Shown: positions 1 to 13,250 of the stretch, one piece after another
Position numbering within the stretch: position 1 is the first letter of the stretch
Layout of the letters: each line of letters begins with the position of its first letter
Assembly (NCBI RefSeq): GCF_020745735.1
Contig: NC_083418.1
Coordinates: 43,727,776-43,791,775 of the forward strand
DNA length: 64,000 bases
Direction of reading: 5' to 3'
Origin: Hemiscyllium ocellatum
Taxonomy: Eukaryota
The notes under the pieces: generated by a model
Seen by the model: the letters and a program-made list of their open reading frames with translations, nothing else
Database searches by the model: none
What the model was told of the DNA's origin: nothing
Translations under genes and position numbers: made by a program

Positions 1-339
1 CAAACCTAAATTGGCTGTCTGTGCAATTCTTCCCAGATTCAGGATTATTTACCAAATGTTAGGAATTAACAGCCACCGGCCATGCCACTACAGTATTGTG
101 GCAGCATTAAAAAAAATTATCTTCACCTGTTGGTCAACATTTGAGATTTTTTTGTCCACAAACTCATACATTCTCCATTGCAATGTCTCTACCATTTAGA
201 GTCTACCTAGCAATCAATCAGCACTCTCCTGATTTACAGCAAAATTGTTTTCTCTTTTAAGTCAAAATTTCTTAAAAACATTTTGAGTGCAAGACAAAAA
301 GCTTCAAAACCATTTTTTCCCTCTTATATTCCAAATATA

Positions 340-2100
340 ATTGACTACTTGGATGGTTGATTGATTGTCAAGTATAAAGTAGTTGACCACACCTCTTCTT
401 TTTCCTGAGGTCTATAGTTCTTTCTTGAACCGGGAGGAGAGTTCTTTAACCTCCTGGATTTCACTTGTATATTTGTGCTGAAGTAGGTTGATTTATTGTT
501 TCAACTTGTTGAATATTTCGGAGTTTCTCCTTTTTCTTAGCAACTGAATTGTGAGTGTTATAGTAATTGAGTAGTTAGCACTACTGCCTCACACTGCCAG
601 GACCTGAGTTTGATTCCACCTTTGGGTGACTATCTGTTTGCACAATCTTCCTGGGGTCTGCATGGGTTTCTTCGGGGCTCTCTGGTTTCCTCCCACAGTC
701 CAAAGATGTGCAAATTAGATGGATTGGCCATACTAAATTGCCCGTAGCATCTAGGGAAGTACAGGCTAGGTGGATTAGCCTGTGAAATGCATGGTTACAG
801 GGTTACAGTAGGAGGGTGGATCTGCGTGGGATTCTCTTTGAAGCCTCAGAATGGACCTGATGGGCTGAATGGCCTGTTTCCACATAAGGATTTTATGAAT
901 TATTGTGAAACTAGCTTGTTTGCTTTCTGGATCATGTTATGTGGAGGTTGCTTCTTACTTGTGGTGATATCTTATTGTTACTAGGAACTTTTTCCTCAAA
1001 TACGCTTAGGAAAGATGAGAGTGCAGATGTTTTTGTCAAACTCGTCCTTTTTAAGTGTTTCAGTATTTAAAGACGGATTTACATTTGCCATAAATAGTTA
1101 TTCACTGTGTTGTCATCTGATGTAATTTAGTTACAAAAGCTTTTATTGTGTGTCTGCACAATGCATAGACAAACCTAGTTGTTGCCTTTCTCCTTGAGTT
1201 TCAATTTGAGCTTTGTTGCAACTTGGAATCTGAACCTTTGTTTTGATAGCAGAGAAAAACATTTCAGCCAAACCATTATGTCAACTCTTTTCCATCGCTT
1301 TGATGATATGAAACAATTTTTTCATTCTAGCAATTTTTGTTTAGGTTCCGCCATGAGCTTATGGAACCCAGCAAAGTTTTCTATTATCTTTTTCTTGACC
1401 ATTTTAATGTTTAATCTCTTGTCCCTTGTGAATAAGATTGCTTTCTCCTTGGGAAAGAGGAATCTTGGTTATAAAGTGCATAAAGGTTTTGGTGTCCCCA
1501 CTGTTTGAGAGTTGCTTGTAGCTATACTTTCAAGTGTGATGCCCCCAGAAACATCTAACTGAATTTCTGTCAGTCATGTTAACCAAGGCTAGTACAGTGA
1601 TAGTTGTTTCCATGCCGACTTTGAAATTTGTGAGATACCCGTTGATATAAATGTTGGTTTATTTTCTACTGGAGATGTTTCTACCTCATTTATCTCTCTT
1701 TTGAATGGGTAGTTTTCAGTCTTTTGTGTTTATGCACTAAAGACTTGCTTCGGCACATTTTCTGAAAGTGATCTCCTTTCTTACAATAAAAAAGATGGTT
1801 TTAAAAGCCAGGCACTACTCACACCATAAGATTTCCTTACTATAAAGAACTGCCAAGGATTTTGTGTCAGAAAAACCTGCTGTATTGGCTCATCTGTTAT
1901 GTATTTTATGATTTTATGCCTTTTTAAGAAAGTGAATAGGTCCTAGAGTTCTCCTGTGCCAAGTTATATTTTCCTCTCTATGTTGCTTCTTGACCTCTGC
2001 TTCATTCACCATTTGAATGACTTCCTCTCGAATTATGTCTTCTTTGCATTAGAATACATCTATCAAAGTTTCATCAGTTATGCCTACACAATTTAATCTT
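340..2100 (-). mobile_element. Very old Penelope-like RT relic (interrupted by HE1 SINE)
   Basis: Minus-strand frames give faint matches, in the right order, to PLE RT motifs (ILFTRD ~ SLFTNVP; IVSYHQSDG ~ YYEQIDGVAMG). Heavily stop-ridden; recognised by eye only. Confidence 0.3.
570..897 (+). mobile_element. HE1-type V-SINE (tRNA-derived), degenerate
   Basis: tRNA-like head (gttagcactactgcctcac...gtttgattcc), V-domain core ggtttcctcccacagtccaaagatgtgc, CR1-like tail gggctgaatggcctgtttcc. Similar to the copies at 21527 and 39435. Confidence 0.85.
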
Positions 2101-2724
2101 TATGGTGTCTTAAAATCAGAATTCATAATCAAAATTCTCCTTTTAGTCTGTAGAAATTAATTACTTATCACCTTAACCAGTCCAATTTAAGAATTTAGTA
2201 AGAAGCACAGGAATGACTAAGAAGGAGGCGCAAAGAAAGAATTATAAAGCAAAGGTAGATTGGTTAAGAGATATAAAGCAAAAAGGTGAAAATAAAAATG
2301 AAATGGTTTTTTAAAAACTTATTACTCCCAGCCAGTGAAGTTCATTTGGCATTGTATTAACAAAAATACATCTGTTAACACTGTCTCTAACACTATGCAG
2401 CAAATTTATTAAACAATTAATCTGCAATTTCAGTAGCTTATTTTGTTGATATGCAGCTAACTGCTTATCTAAATTGCCAAACTTTCTTGTATGGCTTGCA
2501 TATGAATACTGCAAGGGTTATGAACATATCATTATTTATCCCACAGCGTCTGGCTAACTAACTTGTCCGTTGTTTCCACAGATGTTACCTCACTTGCTGA
2601 ATGTTCCATTTTCTTTCTGATGTTCAATATTTACAGCATTTGTAATGCTTTTGAGTTTTGTTCCAACTGTTAAATCTAACAGGCTGCCTAAAATTAAATT
2701 CACTCATTCAAGTTTACTTTTATT

Positions 2725-3050
2725 TACCTGTGGGCTGTGGGTGTTGTTGGCTGGGACAGCATTTATTGCCCAACCCTAGTTGCCCTTGTGAAGGAAGTTG
2801 TGAGATTCTTTCTTGAACTGCTGTAGTCACATGCTGTCGGTTGACCCATAATGTCCTTAGGGAGGGAATCCCAGGATTTTGATCCAGCGACAGTGAAGGA
2901 ACAGCAATATATTTCCAAGTCTGGGTGATAAGTGGCTAGGAGGGGAACTTGCAGGTGATGCTGTTCCCATGTTGTCCTTGTCCTTCTAGATGGAAGTGGT
3001 TGTGATTTTGGAAAGGGCTGTCTAAAGATCTTGGGTGAAGTTCTATTATG
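2725..3050 (-). mobile_element. L2/CR1-group LINE 3' end (shares tail with SacSINE1-like SINEs)
   Basis: Minus ORF 2763..3056 (FTVAGSKSWDSLP). Tail cagcatttattgccc is shared with the SINE at 14585 and the LINE at 40355. Confidence 0.7.
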
Positions 3051-3139
3051 TAACACTTTTCAGCAGTGCACTAGTAGCTGGAGTTGATAATTACTTTATC
3101 TTGGTATAAGGAAGATCTGCTGCAATAGACATAGGTTTT

Positions 3140-3640
3140 TACCAAGCTATATCTTCAGTTGAAGAAGATGTTGCACCCTTATTCTGCGTGTAGGTAAGTC
3201 CTTCCTGAGACCTGTTTGGAAGGCAGAAGGAGCTACATTATGTGTTGCCATTAAATTAGTACAGCAAAGTTCTGCCCAGTGAATCCTGTTTTAATGTTAA
3301 TTGTGCTCAGTAAAGATTGGAAATGGTGGTACATTTGCATAAACTGTAGTATCACAGTTGAAGGTAAAGAGACTACAATACAAACTATTCAGACCTTACA
3401 CGCATCAACCAGATTTTCGCGCCTTCTAAATTGGATACTGTTAGTTGTAAGGTGGTCATCTTAACTTGTGAAACTACTGTTGCACCATTGGGTTTGGGAT
3501 GGGGAAAGTCTACTCTTGTAGCAACAGTTATGATCCAGTTGTTCCACCATTTTTATGGATGGTGCGAAATAGTTTACAAGGGAGGTGGGGTTTATGAGAT
3601 GGATATACTAAAAATAGATCTCATGATGTTGGCAAAACTG
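3140..3640 (+). mobile_element. Ancient Ty3/Gypsy reverse transcriptase relic
   Basis: Collinear degenerate motifs: EEDVAPLFC (~PDAKPKFCK), IVLSKDWKWWYICINCSITV (~IVVVPKKDGSVRICGDYKVTV), IVYKGGGVYEMDILK (~ILQGIPGVVCYLDDILV). Confidence 0.45.
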
Positions 3641-4630
3641 TCACCTGTGCCTTTTGGTTATATCGCCAATTATTAAGATGATGATAAACCTTCTGCTTGT
3701 GTTATTGTAATCCTTGCAGCACACCTATAATGGTTTCAAGTGGAAAATTCAAGGATTTTGACTATAAGAGAGAGGAGCAAGAATGGTAATATGCCAAGGC
3801 TAGATTCCCTGTGTTTTGGACAGTTGATGTGTTAATGCTTTCATGACTTTGCTGCTCTTGCCTCTAGATTGTAGGGGTTGTGGGACTTCAGAAAGGGTTG
3901 GGATTTTTCTTTAATGACTCTGACTACAAAGAAAGCATTTTATAGAGAACAAGAGAATCTTACTTGACAAAAACACAAGGGAAACAAATCGATGAATGCA
4001 ACATAAGAATTCTGAGGGGAATTTCAACATGGCTTAGATGTAATTAAGACTTAAATCCATAGTGCTCTCAAATCCAATTCAGTATACTCAAATGTCTGAA
4101 TGTTTCGTGTTTTATTTATAGACCCATTAATAACAACCAAGATTCCAGTGAATAGAAAAAAAATCCACTTTGAAAGAAAAGCCCATGGTCCGTTTCCACA
4201 AGGCATTTTTAAATATGACCCTTCCTGTACATGAACCTTATTTTGAATCCTAGATTTTCTCACGTATTTTATTTTAAATGGCATGGACATTTTATCACGC
4301 ACTTAACCATTCTGAAAAATATTTATCTTATCACTTATCTTTTGTTTTGATGTTTTGTAGTACCTTTGTGAAACTTTACTAAATGCAAATTAACAGCTGC
4401 ATTTACTGACAAGCCCCCGTTCCAAAATCTCACCAGGTACCCCACCCTGATACCTTCATAACCCAACTAACAACTTTTAGCTCTCCACTGCATCTTACCT
4501 CACCTAATCTGAGCTGAGCTGACCTGACCAAACAGCTGGGATGTAACAATTGCTCCCACCCTGCCTCCTGAGCCCTACAGTTTAGACCTATTTAACAGCC
4601 ATCCTGCTCACCTATCACATCCATCAAAGC

Positions 4631-5063
4631 TTTACCTGCACATCCACCAATATCATAATTTACTGTATCCATTGCTCCTGATGTGGTCTCCACTACATTG
4701 GTGAGACTGGACACCTCCTAGCAGAGCACTTTAGGGAACATCTCTGGGACACCCGCACCAATCAACCACACTGCCCTGTGGCCCAACATGTCAACTCATC
4801 CCCACCCCCCCACCCCAACACAAACTCTTCGCTACCTTCCTCCACACTCCTCCATGACCTATCACCTCCATCCCCACCTCCATTCACCTATTGTACTCCA
4901 TGCTACTTTGTCCCCAACCCAACCCTCCTCTAATTTATCTCTCCGCTCTTCAGGCACTCTGCCTGTATTCCTGATGAAGGGCTTTTGCCTGAAACGTCGA
5001 TTTTCCTGCTCCTCGGATGCTGCCTGAACTGCTGTGCTTTTCCAGCAACACTCTAATCCAGAA
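4631..5063 (+). mobile_element. Penelope-like element (Neptune-type) 3' fragment: GIY-YIG endonuclease + pLTR (family A)
   Basis: Translates FTCTSTNII/YCIHCS*CGLHYIGETGHLLAEHFREHL (GIY-YIG), followed by a C-rich UTR and a pLTR with a hammerhead. Confidence 0.85.
4967..5002 (+). ncRNA. Minimal type I hammerhead ribozyme (family A)
   Basis: AUUC CUGAUGA A GGGC UUUU GCCU GAAA CG UC^ GAUU. Core intact; helix I has one mismatch (GAAU in the sister copy at 17801). Confidence 0.75.
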
Positions 5064-5619
5064 TTTAATTGTTAATCTTGCTCTTGTGCAAGATTTTGTA
5101 TTGTCTCAAATAGAATGGCATAGCCAGTCCTTTACAAGTTGACTGATATTGAAACTTACAATTTTGTTTATGGGAGAGCTTCATAATGTCTTTGGTTGAA
5201 GTTAGCTTAGCCATTGTACCCCATTTTGCATGGCAATCAGTCAATTCTGTAATTTTAAAGTCCGGCATCAGAGACAGTCACTCTGTCAGCTCATGTGAAA
5301 GGCTAGGTACATAGAGTAAGTAGAGTGGCCAGTGGTAATGTATCATAAGGATAGTGTGTGTGTTGGGGGTGCAAGTGGATCGGATGGTGGGGAGAGTGTG
5401 GAGCAGGGTAGGGAGGGGGCTGGAATGTTGGGTCTCTCTGGAGCAGCGAGTGTCATCCGATCTGGCCACGAGTGGGAGGTTTTCAGATTCTGGGGAGAGA
5501 AGGGTATGGTTGGTTTCGATGGTATGGGGAGCTTCAGGTCAGAGTCTGAGGAGTATAAGGGACCTGCATAACGTGAGTATGGGGTGAGGTCAGTTGATCA
5601 GTTCCTCCAAAGTTAAAGG

Positions 5620-5825
5620 AAAAACCAAACAACTGCAGATGTTGGAAATCTGAAACAAAAACTGAGTTACTGGAGGAACACAGATGGTTGGATCTGTGGA
5701 AAGAAAGCAGAGTTAACAATTCAGGTTCAGTTATCCTTCTTCAGAACCCTTTCGTTGAAGAGCTGAACTCAACATTAACTCTGTTTTCTCTCTACACATG
5801 CTACCAGACCTGCTGAATTTCTCTT
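5620..5825. mobile_element. Fold-back PLE-derived mini-element, family C (degenerate)
   Basis: Imperfect inverted arms (agaaagcagagttaac / ttaactctgttttct), tail aactgcagatgttggaaatctgaaac, decayed hammerhead on the minus strand (~5712-5747). Confidence 0.7.
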
Positions 5826-7249
5826 TTGCTCAGAAATTGACTTAGTTTTTAATGAAGTAACTATTTATTTAACTGCAGTGAAACTATCTGAATTCTGTGA
5901 TACAAATAGATATTTTAGAGGTTCTAGGGAATTGCCAGTGGAATCTTTAGGTTCCTGGGCAATTCCTTTGGAATCTGTTACATTGGGGCTTCCACGGAAT
6001 CCCCCAAGCACAACTCTCATCCATACTGTAGCAATGACTCTAGTCATTGGAAAAATCAAAGCCAATGTGAATTGCAGGGCATTAATTGTTTACAATTTAT
6101 TTCACTTTGCAGTCAAGTTCCTCCCAGACAATGCCTATTTGAGGGTTACTTCAATTCCTGCATGTGTATCACTCAGTTTGTGTATCGTTTAGAAGCATTA
6201 AGCTGGATGACTTGATTTCTTGCCAATAAAATGATAGGGACATAATTTGTTTTTATGATGGCAAATTATTTCAATTTAATAACTTGATGAGAATCATGCA
6301 AATACAGAAATAGGTGAGACACGAGACAATTCTTTTCTGTGAACCTGTGGAACAAGTTGCTGTTTAGAGAAATTGCAGGGTGGAGTTGTACTATACAAAA
6401 AAGATGCCAACCAATATAAATATTGATCATCATGCCTGGGCTGATGAAACCACTTGGTAATCTAGGTGGTCATCCACAGTGCCACATTTTGGGTGGAGGC
6501 AAAAAGCTGTGTGTACTATTCATAGAATTTCATTAATTAAAAAAAGTAGACTGACAACAGCAGCAGGAATGAAGCATCTGAATCGACAGATATACATATA
6601 CATGCATTCAATTTCCATGTATTTATTTTGCAGTATTTCCCAACATTCCTATGACTCATTCTGTTTATGTAACATTTGTACAGCTACATGTCCATTCTAA
6701 AACTATAAACTAATAAATAATATGAAAGAACATAACTTGATCAAGCACCTTGTATAATTGGAGATTATTTGTATAAATTGCCTAAGTATTTTTCATTATT
6801 CTTGTAGGTACCCAGTATTACATTAAGATGTGTTATTCTTCTCAAACATACTATGAAAGGCATAGAACAGATGAGAATGTTCAATCAGTGTCGTAATATT
6901 ATCCTTTTTTTTATTATGTAAAATCTGTAATTATAAATGCAGCATATGTTATTTGTACTAATGTACACTATTCATTTCCACCAACTTAATTGTGGGGCGA
7001 GGGACATCAAGGCTGAACGTTTGCTGACAATATTTAATACTCTTGCACTGATCCATGTCATCTCCTACACTCATTTTGATTGTCTATCTGTCTGTCTGAG
7101 ATCAGAAAGAAATATTTCACACTTTTTTTTTTACACACTGCCTCCCAACCACAATACCTCCAAAGAAAAATCTGAGTGCTGATCATTCATTCCCAGGTGA
7201 GCTTGTGATACCTCGAAGGCAACAAATCTATTGGCCTAATTGAGAGAAA

Positions 7250-9880
7250 GGAACTTAGACTTAGGAACAGGAATGGGGCCCTGAAGTCTCCTCCACCATT
7301 CAATAAAATCGTGGCAGAGCTAGTTGTGGTCTCCAATCCAATTTACTGTCTGCACCCATAACGCTTGACTCCCTTGTCTCTCACTCTAGCTCAACCTTGA
7401 GTAAATTCAATGACTCAGCCTCCAGCACTTTATAGAGAATTCCACCTGAAAAGGCCTCTGAGAGAAAAAAACTTCTCTGTTCCAGATTTAAAATCTTGAT
7501 CGCTTATTCTTAATTTTTAATTTTTAAAATTTTTTTCAAATTCTCAGATCAAGTGTCCTCAGGATCTTAAATATTTCATAGAAACATAGAACATAGGAGG
7601 AATAGGCCACTTGGCCCATCAAGCCTGAATCATCATTCAGTATGATCTTGGCTAATCATTCAATACAGTACTCTGTTCTTTCTTTCCCACATACCCTTTT
7701 ATCCTTCCAGGCTTAAGAACTACATCCAATTTCTTGAAAACATTCAATGTTTTGATTTCAACTTGTTTCTATGACAAAGACTTCAACAGACTCCCTATTC
7801 TCTGGATGAAGAATTTTTTTCTCCTTATCTCAGTTCTGGATGACCCATCATAAAACCGTAAGGACAGAAATAGGCATTCATACCCTCAAGCCTCCTCTAT
7901 CTTTCAATAGCATCATGGTGAATCTGACATTTCTCATGCACTTTTCTGTCCTTTCTCATAACCTTTGATTTCTCTACTGATTAAGAATCTATCTACCTCA
8001 GCTTTATAAATACACGAAAGAACTCTGCTCTCACTGCTCTCTGCGACAAGGAGTTTGAAAGACTCTCAACTGAGAGAAGAAATTCCTCCTCATCTCCAGT
8101 TTAAATTGGCATCCCTTTACTCTGAGATGATTCCCTCTGATCCTGGACTCTCCCATATCCTTAGACTTACGATCCTAGATCTGGACTCCCTGGTCATCAG
8201 CAACATCTTTCCCTATGTTTCCTGTCTAGTTTTCATTGAATTATATAGGGTTCTATGAGATCCCCTTCATTCGTCTAACCTCCATGAATATAGTCCTAAC
8301 TGATCCAATCCCTTTTCATATGTCAGTCATGTCACTGCAGGAATCAGTCTGGTGAACCTTTGTGTTCCACACCCTTCATAGCTAGAATATCCTTCTTCGT
8401 GAGGAAAAGACAAAAACTGCACTCAAACTACAAGTGTGGTCTCACCACGGACCTGTATAGAAAGATATCCCTGCTCCTGTACTTGAATCATTTGCCACTG
8501 CCACGATCTGCATGCTTACTTTCAGCATCTAGTGTACAAGGATACCCAGGTCTTATTTCACCTCCCTTTTTCCCAATCTTGACATTCAGATAATAATCTG
8601 CCTTTCTGATTTTGTTACCTCACATTTATCTACATTTGTACTTCATCTGCTTCTTATACAATTATACTTTTTTTATGAAATAAGGAGACGAAAATCATAC
8701 CCAGTATTCTGATATGGTCTCAACAAGGGCCAGTGCAGTTGCAGCAAAATATCCTTACTCTCCTATTTCCTTCCCCTTTTAATAAATGCCAACATTCTAT
8801 TTGCTTTCCTAATCACTTGATATATCTACAAATAATCTACTTGTGATTCATGTACCAGAACACCCAGATCCAGTTCCACTTCCAAGGTCAGCAATTTATC
8901 TCTTTTTAAGTAGTATATTGCTTTCCAATTCTTCCTGCCAAAGTGCACAAGTTCACATTTTTTTCACATTATAGGTAGTTCTCCTATAATGCCATAGTTG
9001 TGTTCCAGTGAAACTTGCTTAATAAAAAATTGCTTAATAGAAATAATAGAGCCTATGGGAAAAGTGGGGTGAGGGGCAGCCCAGCAAAAACGTATCACTC
9101 ATGATCGCTCAAAAATCACCCAGAAGTATAGTGCAAAGTATAGGACAGCATGAATGAAGGTTGAAACCATATTTATTAGTGAAACAAAAGTAAAGGTGTT
9201 CTCTGTACAATACCTCTCACAGAAAACTGCTCTATTGGCAGCTAATATTTGGTGCATGTGCAGAGCGGCAAGAACACTGGTACATGTACAAAACAGCATG
9301 GAAATTCTGGCATGCACATTGGTGCACGTGCTGAATGAAGCATGCGAATGGATCCCTGCTGGAATACCATGATTGCTAATGGAGGTAAGCATTCTCCAAA
9401 ATACCGTTACCTAATTTTTCAGGGATGTCATAGCCAAGTTTTGGTGCCAAAATGCGCATTATATCAGAACTACCTGCATATTCAATCTGCCAAATATTTG
9501 CACATTCACTTAACTGTCCATCTTCTTGCAGACTCCTACCTCCTTTTGACAACTTACTTATCTAATTTGGTCAACTTTATCTATTTTTCATTCAGTCTCC
9601 ATATTCAAGTGATTGATATAGATGGTCTGAACACTTATCCTTTTGGCATTTCACTCGTTACTGCTTCCCAACCCAATGCTTCCCATGTTGCACCATGAAC
9701 ATGGTTTGTGTATTAACTTTTGTAGCACCTTCATCAAAATCCATTCGGAAATGCAAGTCCACCACATCCACCAGTTCCCCTTTTGCTTGTTTCTTCCTCA
9801 AAAAAAAATTCCAGTAGGTTTGTCAAACTCTATTTCTCTTTTGTAAAACCTAGTTGACGCTATCTGATCACATTATAATT
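7250..9880 (-). mobile_element. Cluster of stacked CR1 3' fragments
   Basis: Repeated CR1 3' termini (catagaaacatagaacataggaggaataggccac) and RT C-terminal remnants on the minus strand. Confidence 0.75.
8972..9476. mobile_element. Tc1/mariner (Tigger/pogo-like) non-autonomous DNA transposon inserted in CR1
   Basis: TIRs taggtagttctcctataatgc (8972-8992) / gcattatatcagaactacctg (9456-9476). TA on the left flank. The CR1 sequence cacatta|tattcaatctgcc resumes across it. Confidence 0.7.
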
Positions 9881-9889
9881 TAAAGAATA

Positions 9890-10113
9890 CAAATAATTGC
9901 AAATGCTCGTAATCTGAAACATGGAAAAACAGAGATTGCTGGAGAAACTCCCCAGCTCTGGCAGCATCTGTAGAGAGACAACAGCATTAACATTTCGAGT
10001 CCAGTGACACTTCTTCAGAGGTGGATTCATCATTGGATTTGAACATCAATGCTGTTTTTTTTCTTTACAGATGCTGCCAGACCTGGTGAGTTTCTCCAGT
10101 AATTTCTGTTTTT
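9890..10113. mobile_element. Fold-back PLE-derived mini-element, family C
   Basis: Inverted arms aaaaacagagattgctggagaaactc... / ...gagtttctccagtaatttctgttttt. Decayed minus-strand hammerhead CUGAAGA A GUGUC ACUG GACUC GAAA UG UU at 9986-10018. Confidence 0.8.
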
Positions 10114-10585
10114 GTGTGATATAATGTAAATATCCTATTGTATCCTCAATGAATCATCTGGTCGACTGTTCTCATATAGGATACTTCTGTGAGCATTTTT
10201 AAATTATTTTCAGTATCAGTTTATTGGCTTGTAAAAGGTGAAGCTCCTTTCAAATTTAAAAATTCGTTCTGGTACGGTTAGTATCTAGTAATTTCTTACT
10301 TTCTGAGCTGACCACTTCAGTTTCATTTTACTACAGTGGCATTAAGTTATGAATATTTTAAGGTTAGAACACACAGCTTGCATACATTTGAAACCAGTTG
10401 TTATGAAATTAACCTTCTGTCAGCACCTTAGGTGTAAACTTGGCAAACTTTCAGATAACTCATTTGTTGTATCTTTTAGCAGCTTGAGCATCTTTGTTTT
10501 ACCAGAGTTACCTCACGTTGCATTTTGTAATTGAACAATGGTGTAAGCATGAGATGCAACTACAGCATCCTTGTGTAAATTGATC

Positions 10586-11890
10586 CATAAGACCATAAGA
10601 CATAGGAGTGGAAGTGAGGCCATTCAGCTTCACTCCACCATTCGATCATGGCTGATGGGCATTTCAACGCCACTTATCCGCACTCTCCCCGTATCCCTTA
10701 GTTCCTTGTGAGATTAAGAATTTATAAATCTCTGCCTTGAAGACATTTAACGTCCCGGCCTCCACTGCGCTCTATGGCAATGCATTCCACAGGCCCACCA
10801 CTCTGGCTGAAGAAATGTCTCCTCATTTCCGTTTTAAGTTGATCCCCTCTAATCCTAAGGCTGTGCCCACTGGTCCTAGTCTCCCTGCGTAACAGAAACA
10901 AAGTTCCAGCATCCACCCTTTCTAAGTCATGCATAATCTTGTAAGTTTCTATTAGGTCTCCCCTCAATCTTCTAAACTCTGATGAAGACAATCCCAGGAT
11001 TCTCAGCTGTTCATCGTATGTTAAGCCTACCATTCCAGGCATCATATGTGAATCTCCGCTGGACACGCTCCAGTGCCAGTATGTCCTTCCTGAGGTGTGG
11101 GGCCCAAAACTGGACACCGTATTCTAAATGGGGCCTAAACAGAGCTTTATAAAGTCGCGGTAGCACATTGCTGCTTATGCATTCCAACCCTCTTAAGATA
11201 AATGACAACATTACGTTTGCTTTCTTAACTATGGACTCGATCTGCAAGTCAACCTTTAGGGCATCCTGGACTAGAGAATCCAGATCCTTTGTACTTTGAC
11301 TTTATGAATTTTCTCACCGTTTAGAAAATAGTCCGTGCCTGTGTCCTTTTTTCCAAAGTGCAAGACCTCACATTTGCTCACATTGAATTTCATCAGTCAT
11401 GTCTTGGACCATTCTCCAAAATTGTCTAAATCTTTCTGTAGCCTCCCCACCTCTGCAGAACTACCTGCCTGACCACCTAACTTTGCATCATCAGCGAACT
11501 TCGCCAGAATGCCCCCAGTACCTTCGTCCAGATCATTAATATATAAAGTGAACAGCTGTGGCCCCAACACTGAACCCTGTGGGACACCACTTCTCACTAG
11601 CTGCCATTCTTAAAATGAACCTTTTTTTTTTACAACTCTCTGCCTTCTGTCAGACAGCGAATCCTCAATCCATGCCAGTAGCTCACCTCGAACACCATAG
11701 GCCCTCACCTTACTCAGCAGCCTTCCATAAGGCACCTTATCAAAGGACTTTTGGAAGTCTAGGTAGATAGCATCCACTGGGTTTACCTGGTCTAACCTAC
11801 TTGTTACCTCTTCAGAGAATTCTAACAGGTTTGTCAGGCAAGACCTCCCCTTACTAAATCCATGCTGACTTCTTCTAAGCCGACCCTGCA
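10586..11890 (-). mobile_element. CR1 LINE, 5'-truncated, RT region to 3' end
   Basis: ORFs with QHGFSKGRSCLTNLLEF, YLDFQKSFDKVP, SGVPQGSVLGPQLFTLYINDLD, KFADD, RPHLEYGVQFWAPHL. Tandem 3' tail cataagaccataagacatagg. Confidence 0.95.
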
Positions 11891-12069
11891 ATTTTTTTCT
11901 CTTTCATCTTCTGAACCTAGACTAATTTGTTAATAGCAATCACAAATTTTCTTGTTGAACTGTTTTCTACTGTAAATCCATTCACCAATTTTCATGAATA
12001 CTAGCTTTTGCATAACAACGGAAAGTAAGTTGTTTTCTCTATCTCATTTAAGTGGTTTATCTTGCTTGA

Positions 12070-13250
12070 ACATTAGAACATAGAGGCAGGAGTAGGCCAT
12101 TTTGCTCCGCAAGCTACTCTGCCGTTGACACAGATTATTGCTGATCTTCTACTTTAATGCCATTTTTCTATCCATCCCTGTTTTCCCTTGACGTAAGATG
12201 ATAAGAAGCAGGAACAAAAGTAGGCCATTTGGCTCTTTTGAGCCTGCTGCACAATTAAATAAAATCATGGTTGAACTAAATTTCTGGTGTCCACTTTCCT
12301 GCCTTTTCCCTAAAGCCCTTAATTCCCATACTGATCAAGAATATATCTATCTCAGCCTTGAGTATGCACAAAGACTCTGCTCCCACAGCTCTTTGTGACA
12401 AGGAGTTCCAAAGGCTTTCCGTCCTATGAGAGAAGATATTCCTCCTCATCTCAGTCTTCAATTGGTACCGCATTTATTCTGAGACTGTGCTCTCTGATCC
12501 TCATGAGGGGATATGTGCTCTCAGCATTTATTCTGCTAAGATTAGAGTAGTGTTGGAAAAGCACAGCAGGTCAGGCAGCATCCGAGGAGTAGGAAAATTG
12601 AAGTTCACCCGAAACGTTGATTTTTCTGCTGCTCGGATGCTGCTTGACCTGCTGTGCTTTTCCAGCACCACTCTAATCTTGACTCTAATCTGCAGTAACC
12701 ACTTCTGCCTATTTATCTTGTTAAGCCCCTTAAGAAGCCTAAATATTTCAATGAAATCACCTCTCTCAGTTCTTCTGTACTCCAGCCTGTTTTAGCCATT
12801 GTTCAAAGATAATCCTTTCATACTGAAGATTATCCTTGTCTGAACTGCCTCCGATGAAATTATATCTTTCCTATAATAAGTGTATCAAAACTTCTCACAG
12901 TACTCCAGATGTAGTCTCATTGATATCTTTAAGCAGTTGCAGTAAGACTTCCCTACTTTTATATTCCAATCTCCTTGAATTAAGGGCCAACATTCCATTA
13001 GTGTCCTGATTACCTGTTGTATTTGTATGCTAGCTTTCTGTGTTTTGTGCACAGGTATCCCCAAGCCCCTTTTTATGTTGCAGGTTTCTGCAGTTTTTCT
13101 CCATTTAAATAATGCTGTTTCTTTGTTCTCCCTTACAAAATGAACAACTTCACATTTTCTTATTTTAGACTTTATTTCCCAACTTTTTGCCCACTTACTT
13201 AACTTGTCAATACCTCTTGCTCTGTAAACTGTTTGTGTCCCTCTCACAAC
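12070..13250 (-). mobile_element. CR1 3' fragments (interrupted by family A hairpin)
   Basis: LKTEMRRNIFS, WNSLSQRAV and KCEVVHF motifs in minus ORFs. Confidence 0.85.
12538..12707. mobile_element. Fold-back PLE-derived mini-element, family A
   Basis: Palindrome 12538-12680 (aagattagag...ctctaatctt) with its junction at ~12606 inside the hammerhead 3' half, plus a single-copy tail. Confidence 0.85.

Noticed and set aside
277-310. Possible fifth hammerhead family (tgagtgcaagacaaaaagcttc)
   Set aside because: Resembles a PLE terminus, but the CUGAUGA and GAAA cores are not intact and there is no second copy here for support.
4121-6900. Possible exons after acceptors at ~4121 and ~6808
   Set aside because: No convincing donor sites and no recognisable peptides.
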